Assembly: GCA_028023455.1 (NCBI GenBank)
Contig: JAQFVV010000003.1
Location: forward strand, 18,352,001 to 18,416,000
Length of the DNA: 64,000 nucleotides
Reading direction: 5' to 3'
DNA from: Epiperipatus broadwayi
Taxonomy: Eukaryota; Animalia; Onychophora
The notes beneath the pieces were generated by a model. That model worked only from the letters and a program-made list of their open reading frames with translations. It had not been told where the DNA came from and did no database searches. This document shows positions 26,561 through 41,010 of this stretch, in pieces (position 1 is the first letter of the stretch; the number at the start of each line of letters is the position of its first letter). The position numbers and the translations under genes were made by a program.

Positions 26561-27974
26561 GATTTAGTAATGCAATAAGAAAGATAAAGCTATTTTATAT
26601 ATATTGGCACGTGAAAATCATTTTCAGTACCTTGAAATGCAAAGTTGTTATTTCAAGTACTCATAAAATTACCATCAAACAATAGTTAAAATTATTTTGT
26701 GAATTGAAATCTGAAAATGAAGAATTTAAAATATTTAAACTTATAAAAATGTATTTAAAAAGGTGTATAACAAAACAAAAGAACATTGACTCTTCCAGGT
26801 CCCTTTTAATTTACACTAGCACTTGTAATTCACATTGTGTCTTTCAAATGTGAACCGTTGATCTAATCATGAATAATAATAGATGTCATTTTGTAACTCA
26901 ACTGATTTTCAGATTGCTTTCACTCTATTAACACTAAATTATGGAGAAGATTGTTTTACATAATAAAGATTTAGGAACACTCTCCCACCCCACCCACCTG
27001 ACCCCATTACGATACTTGAATATTTCAACACTCTAAAATTTGTAAACCAAATAATATTTATCTGATACTATACAGTCAATAATTATACATTTTTAGTGAC
27101 TTCAGTCACAAAGTAATGAAAATAAAAGAATAGAATGACTATTCTAGCTTACGTTTAAACTGCACTTCCAACATTTCTATTCAAAATCCATTTATGCAAG
27201 CATAAGTAATCAAGCATAAGTAATCAATATCCGAAAGCATAGCAAAATTGAATACTAGACTATTTCTGGCTATTGTCCTTTATCAATAGAGAGAATATAA
27301 GCATGCAAGATTAAATGATTGTCTAAAAGTCACTTCTTTTCACAAAAAGATAGTGACATTTAAACTTTGCCAACACAATTGATAGTATAGAATGACAGTT
27401 TACCAATATCTTCAGAACTTGCCCGAAAAGTTTCATCCTATTTTATACAATCGTTTTCAACCAAGATGCCATGCACACTAGAATGCTACAGTGACACTTC
27501 AGGAGTGCATGAAATATAATAACGAGCAGTCCTATAATACTTTTTACATATATTGTTAAAAATGTAATAGAATAGGATGAATTAATTGAATTAAAATTTT
27601 AAATTAAAGTATAGAGAAATTGAAATTGATTCATTCTGGAATAACTTTGCTATGTCTAAAGAGGCAAGCACAAAAAACTGTTGCTGAAAAAAAAATGTAA
27701 AGACAATAATTGTCTTATATTTAAATAATTAATTGGTTTTAAAATAGTAATTAGATAAGTTGTGCTAACCGCATACAAGAATTAAGTAAATTAATTAAAA
27801 CTAATAACTTTTGGAGACACACAAAAAAAAAAAGAATAGAAAATGGTTATATAACCAAAAATAAAAGTATTCAACTTTGATCAAAAAAAATAGCCTATTG
27901 AACTGTCAACATATCTTCTTTCAGGAATTTAAAAGTGAAGGTATCTACATATATATATATATGAGTGAGTGTAT

Positions 27975-28092
27975 TTGAATAGCTTTACTGTTCAAGGTTC
28001 ATGAGAAGTTTGAGAACTGAAAATATCTGTACCGGAATCAAACTAGGATCTCATATTCTAGGGTCTAACACTCTACCACTTTACTTTGCTAA
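27975..28092 (-). mobile_element. tRNA-derived SINE-like fragment
   Basis: A-box-like AAAGTGGTAGAG and B-box-like AGTTTGATTCC; the tail aligns with 29399-29460. Confidence 0.5.
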
Positions 28093-29124
28093 ACAACATA
28101 GGATGAAGGTGTTATGATATAAAAAGAATTAAGAAGAACAGATCTTGCTCTTTGGGAATTTCAAGTTAGTCTGATTATATGATATTCGGCAGACCTAAGA
28201 TTAACATGTAATTAAAATTGGTTGAGGAAGAAATGAGAATGTCTTTTTAGTAGTATTCCCCTAAATATTAAAAAAAAATGTGTGAGTTGCAACAGCCTCA
28301 AATATCATACTAAATATATTATTTTTGTATAATTTTATTGTTATTATTATTTATCAATTATGTTATGGAATAAATATTTACAACAAATCTTTATGATTAT
28401 TATATTGAAAAAACTGTATACAATTTAATCTAATTAATATGTATAATGAATTATTTATAATTACACAAAACAATGAATTATATATCACAAAATATATAAA
28501 ATCGTATTGATGTGACAAGAAAAAGAGTATCACTGCCAGAAAGAGTTTAACAAATAATGATTTAGCATTTAATCAGAATAGAATACTGTTTAAATTAAAG
28601 AAGAGTTGAGAGATAAACAGTAGATTTGATTCATTTTTGTAGATTTGTCTTAATCTCCTTGAAAATAGTCCCAAAAAGTATCGATCTTAATTTTTATAAA
28701 TTTTTTTTACTGACTGTTATTTAAATTTGTTTCTATATTTTCAAGTATCAAAAAAAAAAAAACAGAAAAAAAAAAAAAAAGCTGAGCATATAATCATTGA
28801 TTAATCATCATCAATTCTGAAAATTATTTTTTAAAATCAATTGGCAAAATTTTAATTAATGACACCAATAGTTAGTGATATAAATCTATAAAAATTCATG
28901 CAAATTTTTTATTATAAACTATCAATGAAGAGATTAAAGCAAACCATCTATAAAGCTAAATCAAATCTACTGTTTGATTCTCAGTAATTAATAGACTTAA
29001 TGCGATGGTCACTTCTTTAATGTAAACGACACTCTATCTTAATAGTATATATTGCTTATAATAACTTCTCTCATATACACTTTAATGCAAAAAAAATTTT
29101 TTAATAAAACTTCTTTATTTTCCT

Positions 29125-29156
29125 GACAGTTTTGACTGTCCAGCAGTCTTCATCAG
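29125..29156 (-). ncRNA. Degenerate minimal hammerhead motif
   Basis: CTGATGA-A-GACTG-CTGGA-CAGTC-AAAAC-TGTC: perfect stem II, G12 replaced by A (consistent with CpG decay). More decayed relative at 55140-55172. Confidence 0.65.
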
Positions 29157-29398
29157 AGCTTTCTCAAACTTCCTCTGCTTTTTTTTAAAAAGAAAATCTT
29201 CAGGAACATTTTGTGAAATATGGGTAAAATATATTCAATAATCTTCTGGCAAATAGGTTTTATGATTCCAAAAAGTTTCTTGGCCATTCATTATAAAAGG
29301 ACTCATATGAGACATAATTTATAAACAATTTTAAAACAATAAGTATATTAAGTTCAAAGCCCAAAGACAGACTATACTATAATCAGAAAATAATAATT

Positions 29399-29490
29399 GA
29401 ATAGTTAATTGTTCAGGAGTTCGTAAGAAATTTGAGCACAGAAGTGACAGGCTTGAACTCTAGTTTGCCATTCTACGACTATTCTAAAAT
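29399..29490 (-). mobile_element. tRNA-derived SINE-like fragment (family of 27975-28092)
   Basis: B-box-like GAGTTCAAGCC at 29450-29460 and a shared tail. Confidence 0.45.
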
Positions 29491-29699
29491 ATGCAGGGGA
29501 CAGAAATCTGATGAGAAATTCTTGACAACTATTGGAGTCCTTTGTTGATGCTTGCAATTCCTAACAACTTATTCTAGAATCTCAATATTTAAAACTGTAC
29601 TGGACACTCTAATGACCTTTAACAAGAGTAATAATCATTCATTATCATCAGTAAGCCTCACATATTAAAATTAGATCACATGATTTTCAACTTTATAAT

Positions 29700-30310
29700 A
29701 TTGTTGTAATTCATCCATCTTTTTATTTCTCATTTAACCTTGCCAAAACTCCTTATACAAACAGCTTTTTTATAATAATTAATATATGACTTTCTCTCCA
29801 GACATAGCAACCTGTTTATTAATTCTTTGATTCATAAGAAATATTTTTAGACTTGTTTTTACAATAATATACTTTTATGTTCTTACAGGAATTTATTTTT
29901 GTCTACTATAAAGATTTTTATCTGCTAATTATATAAAATAGATCAGGTCCTATGCTACCTTCACTCTACATTTTCCAAAATTTTTGACCAATACTTAAAT
30001 TTTCAAGTCAGCACAGAAATAGTAAAACATGTATAAGAATGTTACATCATTCTTTTCCTTCCTCTTTTGTCTTTAAAAAGAAATGTCAATTTTTTCTGTA
30101 TAATAAAATTTATATTTTTATGACTTAATTTAAACATTTTTCTTTTCATTTTTTTAGTTCCAAGTTTAAAAAAAACTATAAAGCATTCTGCATCAAGGAA
30201 AAATGAAGTTTTATTCTGATTCAAGAATAGATAATGATTTCTCAATAGCTGATCATGTAATTTGGAGTTTACACAGCTTGTCTGATGAATTTTGTTTTGG
30301 TTAGAGGATA
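29700..30310 (-). mobile_element. Decayed non-LTR RT fragment
   Basis: FLDAEC (DAEKAFD-like) and GSIGPDLFYII (QGS.LGP.LF-like) in minus-strand frames. Confidence 0.45.
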
Positions 30311-30752
30311 AAATAGCTGCAATTCCTAAAAAAAAAAAAAAGGAAATTGTTCACAATTAACCTAGGATGAGTATAAAAATATGAATATTATAGAAACACA
30401 AATATTATTTGTTGATAATTTTACTAAACCTTCAGGTTTCAAATTCACAATTATCAATGAGTATTCGTTTTAAATTATTAAATGAAAAACAGTTATAAAA
30501 AAAAGCCAGGAACACAACCTTCCATTTCTAGTGATAATATAAATAAAGTTCTACTCTTTAAAAGTTTTTTTTTTTTTACACTTGGAAAACCTAATAAATA
30601 ATTTCCTTAACTATTTACTCTTCTTTATAAATTAAGGATGTTAACTTCTCTTCCAAAAGAAGAGGGATATAACATGTATTTTAATTCAACCATAGATCAT
30701 CTTGAATAATAGCAAGCATCCATTTGCATTTCCAATAAATCTCATTGCAGCA

Positions 30753-31006
30753 AGTTTCAACAAGAAACAGAACCAGTAAAAAATCTGTTTGTGAGTGAAA
30801 GCCATGGTATAAACAAAATGTTAATCACTGGGAACTCCAATAGCAAATTTCTGAAAGAAATTCCAGAAAACTAAGGCATAGTTTCAACAAGAAACAGAAT
30901 TAGTAAAAAATCAATTTGTGAGTGAAAGCCATGGTATAAACAAAATGCTAATCACTGGGAACTCCAATAGCAAATTTCTGAAAGAAATTCCAGAAAACCA
31001 AGGCAT
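30753..31006 (+). repeat. Two near-identical 127 bp tandem units at the 5' end of the L1/Tx1-like element
   Basis: agtttcaacaagaaacag...ccagaaaac.aaggcat starts at 30753 and at 30880. Confidence 0.9.
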
Positions 31007-34000
31007 AGGAGGAATTGTTGTAACAGAGGATAGCCCTTCTTCACTAGTATTGATAAAATTGCTAATAATTTCTTAGTTTCTAAGCTTAAACAGAAAAAAA
31101 TCTCAAACTAAACCAAATCCCAAGAAAGAAAACATTAATATGAATAACATACCACCCCTTCTAACTCTACCCTATCTTCTAATAATGATATAGGCAACAG
31201 TAGATGCACTGGGGAGTTCATTGCATTATGATGATTTCCCAGAATTAGAAACTAACAAAATTAAAAATCTACATAACACTAATGATAATACCAACAAGAG
31301 AATGACAACTAATATTAATTATCATAATAAATCTACTAATCATGAATGGCATATAAGAGTGTCCCCCATCTACTCAGACTCTGCCATCTACTCAGCAAGT
31401 GATATTTCATACTCTGGATCCCTACTTAAAAATACCAACAGACAGAACATTTACATTAACAGGGATTACCAGAATCAACAGGACATCTTCAATATGTTTG
31501 AGGATGAGGAGTCATTGGCTTCCCAACCCAACCTGGACAAAAATAAGTTAACTCGATACAAGTCTTGATCAACCAACAATAAATGATCTTGTCAACAGGT
31601 TTAATGCAACTATACCCCCACAATTACACTGGTCTTTTCTCAATTTATATAGCAGTGACAAGACCTTGATTCTTGCTGTCACAAACCTCAATTGTGAGCT
31701 TTTCAATTTTCCTGTTGAAGAATTCTGCTGTGAACTCTCAAAAAAGAAATTGTGGAATAGGGTATACAAGTTACTAAATCATCCCAATAGCAGGTATCTG
31801 ATTGTTGAATTCCACAATATATTCCAAAGACAAATTTTTCAAAAGTCAATCAAGTTTATTGGAGACAAAGTTCTTTGTATAATCAATATGGATAGACCAA
31901 TAATCCTCAATAGCCAAATCCAAAACTGCTATCTTAAGTTTACAGAAGCTGATCTACAGTGACTGCTTAGACCATATGGTGCAGTTTCAAACTTCCAGTA
32001 CCTCATGAAAAGAAGGCTGAAACCCCAGTCCTGACTAATACAGCAGTATTCACTATCATGCTTAACAAGGGAATAATCCCAACCGCAATTCCCATGATGT
32101 ATCTTGCAGAATGCCCTCTTATAATCTCCTTTAGAGGGTACTGCCACAGTGCTTCCATTGTAAATTATTTAAGGACCCACTTGGTTAAAGCTTTCCCAGA
32201 TGGATTTGCCAATATTGCCATATGAAAAGGACTAAGCTGCACAACTGCAGACCGCTTGCAAGTCCTAGTAATACTTAAGTTAATTTCCCTTGAAATAGAT
32301 ACTTTGGAAAGTAACCTTCTGAGTGACAATACACATGACAATGTAATCAGCCACAACCTGCCAAAACCTTCTGATGCTGCTGAAGTTGAGAACAGTTTAG
32401 TAACTATTGCTTTGATCCACTCCTCTAGAAGCAGTAGTTTATCCCCAAAGTCAGATGCTATGATTACAGAAATCCATCCCTCCAGCAGGAAAAAAGTAAA
32501 AGGGAAGTCTAAAAGTGCTAACAGTGGCAATGAGATTCTAGTGATGATAAGCAGGGGGAAATGTTCAGTGCCTCTAATAAGAGCTCATCTGAATGTGAAT
32601 CACCAGATAAAACTAAAAAAGGAAAAAGAATGAAAGCTGACTTGTCAGCTAATTTAATCAAAAACCATGATACACCATGTGAAAACAGTAGCATGGAGAT
32701 AGTTCCAGGGGATGGTCCCCATGAATAGCCCAATCTGAGCAGTGCAAACCATCCAAGGTGGAGTTGATTGGGAAGGCCCACTCTAGTGGTGCAAATCAAA
32801 GAGTGAATGCTAGGGATGACACAATTATAACCTAATCAGTGTGGAAAAAATGAGTAACAAATTTAAATTCCCTCCAATATCCCAAACACCCATGCACTCA
32901 TTGATTAAATCTGAAAAAGATCAACTTAACTGCTCCATTCTGGGCCACATGAATCTCAAATTTGCTGGCTTCAATGTCCATGGTTTGAACTCAATGGGAA
33001 AAATAGAATCAATTATGAATTGGATTCACCAATTTAAACCCCATATCATCTGTCCTGCAGAAAAGCTCAAATCCACAATTACTAATTAAAACTGCCAATA
33101 TAGGGTCCTTTCATCATTCGACTTCATTCCACCCCTATTCATCATTCAAATCATATAAATTTCATCAATCAATATCTCCTAATCACAACATTATCTCACC
33201 AGACCCTTAAGTTGAACATTGTCTTTGTTTACCTCAAGAGAGACTTAACATTAATTCACTCATTAATCCAACAAATAAATTTATCACTCGGATCCAACCC
33301 TTATCCTACATTAATGTTTGGAGACTCAATATTACCTACAATCAGTTCAATTCCAGATACATTCATCTCATAAGCATTCCATTTATGTGTGCAGATGGCT
33401 TCTTTCACACTAACACCTTTTCCTACTACACTAAGCAATATGCGACCCTACTCCCCAGACCTCCATTTCATCATTGATCCCTCCCTCCAACCTGTTCCTT
33501 TCTCAGACTACCTAGAACTAGAGATCAATTTATCAACTGACCAGTTTCCACAGCTGTTTGAGCATTTGAAGTCATCCACCCGTATCTTATTCAAGACCAT
33601 TGTCTCAGAAGCAATTTTATCTGAGTTTATTTCAGAAAAATAAGCATCCTCACCTTACCCCCTGCAGAGATGTGGTTCACATTCATCAATATTTTGAGTA
33701 CAATAACTTCTTTTTACACAGCCAAGAATAAGGGTCTCACTTCCCTCACACACAAAATGGATTTAATCAGCAACACCTTGAAACATATACCTGCAGTTCC
33801 TGTTTCGATAGAGTTACTTGTTAATCTTAAGCAACAATACAAAATGAATCAACAAGCCATTGCTGACTACATCTCAACAAATAAATCGAGAATCTTCTAA
33901 AACCAGCCTCATAACTGGTCCAGGGGCTACATTAAGTGGGCTCTGGGCCACAAGGATAAAGTGAATATACTCTCTTCCATCATAATTGACAATAATCTCT

Positions 34001-36322
34001 ATGCTGGTAACAGCATGATTACACAAATTCTTAACTTTTTCCAAAAGTCAAATTAACCAAATATCCTCATGAGTCAAATCATCATAACCTTAAGGAATCC
34101 ACAACTATAAATCACAGCATAATTAAAAAGATATTAGTATGAAACTATCCTCTATGCCAGAGAAAATACATCCAGTCACCATGCTATCTCATGATTTATC
34201 CTTCCTCATTTTGGAAAAATTTTCAATTCCAATCATACATAGAATCTTTGATCTCTTATCTACCAAACCCCTTGGCATTGGCAGCCTGTACCCTATAGGG
34301 ATGGTGCCTTTTCTCAAGAAGGATACATTACCTTCCCCCTTGAGAAACTTAGGCCCATCTCTATGACACCATTAATGATCAAGGTGGTGGAATCCATAAT
34401 CAAGGATAAGACACAGTATAAGGTCCTTCTATTCATATCTCAGTACCAGTTTGCCAGGAAAGGTTCTTCAACCACTGATGCAATAGTATTATTCAAGATG
34501 GTAGTCAATTACACCAGAATCATGAGAAAATATAAACCAGTATTGCTGGTGCCTTCAACTCGGTCAGAACACATTGCCTCATCAAAAAGCCCTGCAGAAT
34601 AGAATTTGTTGGGGTAAAAATGGTGATATCTTCCATCAGGGATAATGAAATGTCCATTGTTGAGGAAATTTCCTCAAATAATATTTCATTATCCCAGAAT
34701 GAAAGGATCTCATATCTTTTACCCCAACAAATTCTATTCTGCAGGGCTCTCCACTGAGTGCCCTACTATTTATAATCTACATTAACCCTATTTATAATCT
34801 ACATTAACCCTCTATTAAACTTGAATAAGACCTCCCTAGGATATTCATACCCATTCTCACATACCCACTCTCAATAGATCAATCCCCCACATAGCATATA
34901 TGGATGACCTGGCTGTTTTTTCTCCCATAACAAAGACTAATCCCAAAGCTTGCCAAAATCCTCCATGCCTTTTCTTCTGAGTTATGACTTTTAAATAAAT
35001 CCTTGGCATGAAAGATATCCTCTGGAAACACCATCCCCTCTCCTTTTACTATCATGTCCCAAAAATTTCTGGGTTTCCCAATCTATAACTCACCCCTTGA
35101 AATGAGGAGAACCATACAGGCTCCCTTCTCCTCTCGATCCAAAAAACCACTGATTCATTATCCAAAATTTATTAGTCACTATAGGCGAAAACTTCACTGC
35201 TCAACATCCTTGTGTTCCCAAGAATCTCTTATTACATGCGGATTATTAATTTTTCCCAAAAGATTCATTAGACAGATAAATTCACTCTGTGGAAGACTTA
35301 TGTGGAAGGGCAAGACCATGGCCATTAGCCTAAGAGTCTCCATAGGCACACAAAACTTAATGGGCTATCATTGCATTCTGTTTTAACCTTTTGATTCCAG
35401 CCTACACATAACACTATCCTTAACCTATCTCGTTATTTTCTGGAAGCATCATGCTTTACATCTGTTTATCCTACAGACACCCCTCCTCCTCCTATGAGGA
35501 GTTGGTTATCATCCTTATTGTTAAATATTGCAAAATTTATCCCTCTACCTATTCAGGTTAACTCACAGAAAATTATGTACTGGAATACATACCACCTAAT
35601 TAATGAAGAAATCCCCCCAATTCATCACTTCTAACCCTTCCCAATCATTCAATCATTAAAAAGTTTAAATGGTGGCATCTCGAACCAAAATGTTTTGATT
35701 TTTTGATTAAATTAAACCTGATTGTTCTGCCCACATGTCATTTTCTGGTCTACCATAGAGGGTTCTCATGCTTGGACCCAGTCTGCTCTTTATGTAAATG
35801 GGATAATGACACAATAATACATATTCTGAGCCATTGTACATCACTCCAATGGGACAGAGACTTTATTGCATCCATATACAAAACTAGAGTGCCTCTCCTC
35901 ATTAGACTGATTTTTATTGCATCCATATACAAAACTAGAGTGCCTCTCCTCATTGGACTGATTTCTAGCATATTCAATGATATCTTTCCATCGATAAGAA
36001 TCATAACTTTTCTGCTGTTTGCCTATTGGTCAATAGGTGTGCACTCATTTATGGCCATACCTTGGTTAACCGTAAAAAATTACATCTGGCAAAACTTCAG
36101 GCCATCAGAAACAGAGATAAAAAATTAGCTCCAACATATATCTACAATTATACATGGAACCTTGTAGCAATGAAAAATTTGCGATTGAACAGTTGATTTT
36201 TACCCCCAGACTGTTGGTATTGGGCTTTGTAACCTTTTTTATAGTGTCTGTTAACAACATAACTCTGTTATTGCAATAATATAATTCTTTGAGCTCACAA
36301 TAAAATTTTTTGATTAAAAAAA
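30753..36322 (+). mobile_element. Near full-length, heavily frameshifted L1/Tx1-like LINE
   Basis: ORF1 remnant with LRPYGAV and a C..C...H knuckle; APE endonuclease start FAGFNVHGLNSMGK...PHIIC; RT motifs QGSPLSALLFIIYINP and AYMDDLAVF; C-terminal CSLC....TIIHILSHC; AATAAA at 36299 and an A-run at 36316-36322. Confidence 0.88.
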
Positions 36323-36339
36323 GTCATTTCTAAAAATAA

Positions 36340-37350
36340 TAAATATGTGTTTCATTTATATCACCTGTATGTAAATTATGGCACATATGGAGTATGAATA
36401 TAAAAATCAATGCAGAAGTTATGACCTGCAATAGGTTTTCTTTATATAGTGTCATTTTACATGTTAATGATAATAATTAAAAAATGCTAAAAGATAACAA
36501 TAAAAAAACGATAGTAAACTTTATAAAATTAAGTCAATTATATACCGCTGTAATGTAAACTTTGAAGATACATATCAAATAGATACAGAAGTAGTAACAG
36601 TTGATGAAAGCTATAATCAAATTTACAGGTCAGAGTAGAATGAAACAATATTCCTCAAAACTGATACAATTAAGGTTCAAATTGTGGATCAATTTTAAAA
36701 AATCCATAATGGAGACATGTCCTTTATGAAGATATATGCAAGCATAGATTCAACTGTAGATGTTTGCTTATGTCTGGGTACTTGAGCCATGCTCTCAGAA
36801 GTTTTATCACATTTTGCAAAACAGCATCACAATATTTTACTGATAAGATTTTTTAAAATGTAGCAAAAAGTGATCTGCAAATAAACTCTACTGGTGTGAT
36901 ATACTCAAAGGTGTCAGGAAAGGTATTCCAGACAATATGAAAAATGGAGACTCCATTAATGTAAATGATAAAGACAGTGGTTTGCAGTTTTTAGTTTGGA
37001 TGGATAAGAAGCTGATTATTAGGCTTACTAAAGTTTACCCTCTTTTAGATGTAGTTTCTACATTCTATGCACATTGTACAGAATTGAAAAACATCTAAAA
37101 GATATTGGCTGTTTAGAGTTTGATATATCTTCTTATATAGGTTTGATAGATGGCTTTTCTTCCAAGAAAAAAAGTAGCACAGCTTTCTGTATCTCACAAA
37201 TCAGCTTTCTGTATCTCACATTTGTCTTGGAGAACTAATGTCATTTCCAATATTTCCAAAGAAAAATGTTGTGTTGAGTGCCTGAAAAAAAGGTAAGACA
37301 TAAAAATTATGTGGAATGTGAATTAATTATATTGTACAATATATTAAAAG
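36340..37350 (+). mobile_element. piggyBac-family transposase remnant
   Basis: VMTCNRF...LHVNDN, DSKLYKIKSII, VTVDES/IKFTGQSRMKQY...FKLW, WMDKK and a C-terminal Cys-rich remnant; many frameshifts; TIRs not identified. Confidence 0.85.
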
Positions 37351-37605
37351 AGACTGCTTTCTTTCTTATTATGCTGAAAATGTAATAATTAAAACATCTC
37401 TCTAATTACAACCACCTCACACAGCTTCATTACAAGCAATCAGGTTGATATAAGAATATAAGATTTTATTACAAAAATTATTTGACTTAGTGGTCATAAT
37501 AGCATGTAATGATTATCAAATATTTCTAATGGTTAGGCTATTTTGGATTTTTATTTATGTGATTATTTTTTGCTGCATAATTATAAGAGCATTTTATTTA
37601 TTTAT

Positions 37606-38177
37606 GAGTTGTAATTATATTTTTATTGAGCATGCAGAAAGTATATGTAAATACTTAAACAGGCTTTAACCTGTAACAAATGCACCTTAAAATTTCTAAT
37701 AGCCAAGCAATATTATTTTGCCAATAGAGGGACATCACAACCCACAACACAAGATAGCGACTTTTACAAAAACAAGAGTGGCCATCTTATCTTTAACCTA
37801 AATTTCTACTTATATAGGCCAATATGAAGCATCCTGATTTGGGAGCATGAAGTTGTTGTTCTCTTCACTGTTTAAGTACACTATTTCCTTTACTAATTAA
37901 CCTTCATGAAATCTTGTGATTTATAGTGAATTAACATTGTGATCTTAATACTGGAAAATATATAAACTATTGTAGAGTTGTAATTATATTTTTATTGAGT
38001 GCACAGGAAGAATATGTAAATACTTAAACAGGCTTGAACCTGTAATGAATGCGCCTTAAAATTTCTAATAGTCAAGCAATATTATTTTGTTGATAGAGAG
38101 ACCTCACAGACCATGACACAAGATAGGAACTTTTATAAAGACAAAAGTGGCCATCTTATCTTTAACTTAAATTTCTA
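37606..38177. repeat. Pair of ~200 bp direct repeats separated by ~170 bp
   Basis: 37606-37808 matches 37975-38177; the second copy has a B-box-like GGTTCAAGCC on the minus strand. Confidence 0.8.
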
Positions 38178-39310
38178 GTTATGATTTTGTAGTAGTTAAT
38201 TAATCTTACATTTGATCAAACAAGATTCTAGTTAACAAGATGTGAATACTTCCACAAGATAAAAAGTAAATAACATTATTATTACTATTATTATTAAGAT
38301 TTTATATTGTACTAAATGAAAATCTTTATTTTTTTCTATTTAGCTATCACCATATATATATAGAAGAGAAATCATACACCCTGAAGAATATTTCAAAATA
38401 CCTTTTATACTTTTCCATCAACTTGTATTTGCAGTGTAACCTACAACTTTTCAAAAATGCTAGCCATAAGTAAATCAAAATTCACTACCAATAATATCTC
38501 TGCCAAATTAGAATTCTCAATTATAAAAAAACATTTCATTGTAATTAGGTTCTACCTAACAAGTTAAAAATGTTTCCATAAAGTGAATAGGAAAGGTAAA
38601 AACATTATTATTAACACTATTATTAATATTTTATAATGACTGCATTAATAGCTGAATGAGAATTCAATTTACACAAAAGTTTGATTTAGGCAAGGAGTTA
38701 AGAGCACTTCACTTACATATGTAGAGAAATAACAGTGTGTGTATATATATATAAACAGAGAAAGAGACATTAATGAATTATCATTTGTAGATCAATTAAT
38801 AAATAGAAAATAATACCAATAGATAACCTAAATCAATTTATGAAACATGTTACATATTGAGAATCATATACATCATTCCTATGTCTCCAATTATATGTTT
38901 AAAAGAAATAATGTATTTATGTTATTTAAGAAATATATAAATCTTAATTTATTCCATATTTATGTATAAATATATGTAAAATCAAACAAAATTTAAATAT
39001 CTCCAGAATCCTTTAACAAACAAAAGTAAAAAAAGAAGAAATTATTCATCGGATAAATCAAATGCCCAAAATGTCAAGAATTTAAGTTTTTCTTTCCTCT
39101 ATCAAAAGTAATGAATGGCTATTAATTGGTTAATTAGATGAATTGAATATGAGTCATCTCCCTAAAATAAAAATCTTAAGATTGGTTGGAACCTAAAAAA
39201 AATTCTTAAAATTTTACCTGCATTTAAATCCCAGATAATAAACGTGGAAAGTGAAGTTGATAAATAAATATTATATTCACTAATATATGTACTGTATATA
39301 TAAATCTTAC

Positions 39311-39467
39311 CTGGATAATCAAAACGTTCTGGTAAATTTTTAGTGACATAGTAGTCAGATGTTCTTTCTCCTTTTGCACTATCTACCTCAGTCTTAACAG
39401 CACTAGTTTCCTGATTTGCATGAACTGGTGGAGGAAACACTAAAGAAGTTGGAGATGCATGTACATA
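39311..39467 (-). CDS. PIERCE1: PIERCE-family gene, coding exon 2 (YVHASPTSLVFPPPVHANQETSAVKTEVDSAKGERTSDYYVTKNLPERFDYP)
   Basis: Acceptor ttttttttccag| and donor CCAG|gtaaga; 157 nt. ERTSDYYVTKNLPERFDYP resembles ERTSDYYRVSADLPGRFNNP of human C9orf116/PIERCE1 (recalled, not searched). PIERCE1 versus PIERCE2 orthology cannot be resolved. Confidence 0.88.
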
Positions 39468-39939
39468 CTGGAAAAAAAAATATTATTCACTTATAAGATG
39501 ATACAAAAGATATTTGACTATTTAAAAGATATCTATTTGTATTTATTAATTTAAGCACATGGATTTGTTTCCAAATTGGGAAGTTTATTGTAAGACAAAA
39601 ACTGTTTTTCAATTGGAGATCTTTGTTTCACTTGTAAAAACCTGCTATTTGCAGAATAGCTATTAAAAGACTGCTGACATACAACCACCTATTTGTTTTA
39701 AAAGCTAAGTTACAATTTAAATCCTACCAAATTTTGAATTAATAAATTGCCCTGCCATTTGGTAACTAATAATTACTCAAGCATATCATAGATGATGCTG
39801 GATTACAAAACAGTTTATTTTCTTTTTTTATTAATATATTATATTAATTTTTAAATAATAGAATTAAGAACTGAAGATAGTTTATCATTAAATAGTGAAA
39901 GACCACACTAGTATAGTGTTTCGGGCCTCCAAAAGTTAA

Positions 39940-41010
39940 CAAAAGTAATCAGAGAAATTGCTTAGATGAATGGGAGAAAAATTGATTAATGAAGCAAAAC
40001 AAAGAAAGAACTGGTAAAGAAATTAACTGTGTTTTCATATAATAAATATGATGGCCCTAGAATTGTATGAAAGGGAGTGGCAGTAGCAGGGTTAAACATA
40101 GAGTAACGATGCATTATGTGATAATAAAAAGGTATTAGATTACACAGAAAAAGTACAAGCAGAAGTAGGAAGACATGCATTAGATGCAGATATGTGGACA
40201 ACAAAGGAGGCAATTTAAGGAGAAATGGGATGGTCAAGTTTTTATATGAGATATTAAAAAAAATGAAAATGTTCAGTAGATTGCAATTTATGGATAATAA
40301 GAGAATAGCCAAGATAGTATTTAATTGAGTTATGAGTAAAAAACAGGCAACAAGATGGGTGAGAAAGATGGTATGATATACAGAAGATTTAGATAAAGAA
40401 TTTGTCAGTATACTTATACAAAAAGTGGGATGATTGGGTCAGAACTGTTGATTGTGGCAAGGAATGGGATAGAAGAATAGATGCATTAATAAAGAATACA
40501 GAGTTGGAGAGATGGAGAATTAGTATGGAGAGTAAAAAGAGTTTAATTATACATATAAGTAAACAGAATATTAGGTGCAAGTTAATTTATGATAACAGCA
40601 AGGAAAGTAGTTTACTGTTTAAGGCTTGAACAGGATCTTTAGCAACAAGAGAATGTACACATAAATGGAAAAATGTGAGTGATTTAGTCTACAAGTTGCC
40701 TAAGGAAGGCATAGAAAATATTAGGCATCTGTTAATTGAATATAAATGCCCGAAAGCAGAAAGAATACAACTAATTAAGTTGTGGAAGAAAAAATATAAT
40801 CAGTGATTAAACAGAAAGTGGGTTATTGTTTTTTATGCTGGGTTTGGGAAAAGATAAGGGGGATTTAAATATAAAGGCCATTGAGTTGACAATGATTATG
40901 TTTTGGAAATGGGATGGAGCAGGATAGAGAAGAATATAGGAAAAACTTAAGACGATGAATGGAAAGGGAAGGTAAAATGGCTAACAGGTTTCTCTGGACA
41001 TAATGGCTGA
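39940..41010 (+). mobile_element. 5'-truncated non-LTR retrotransposon C-terminus (clade uncertain)
   Basis: GEMGWS-like motif, W...MESKKSL...YDNSKESSLLFKA*TGSL and a decayed ENIRHLLIE.CP zinc-knuckle region. Confidence 0.7.

Noticed and set aside
32165-32799. Minus-strand ORFs (also 35750-36004, 59833-60162, 60937-61260)
   Set aside because: Antisense shadows of transposon coding regions.
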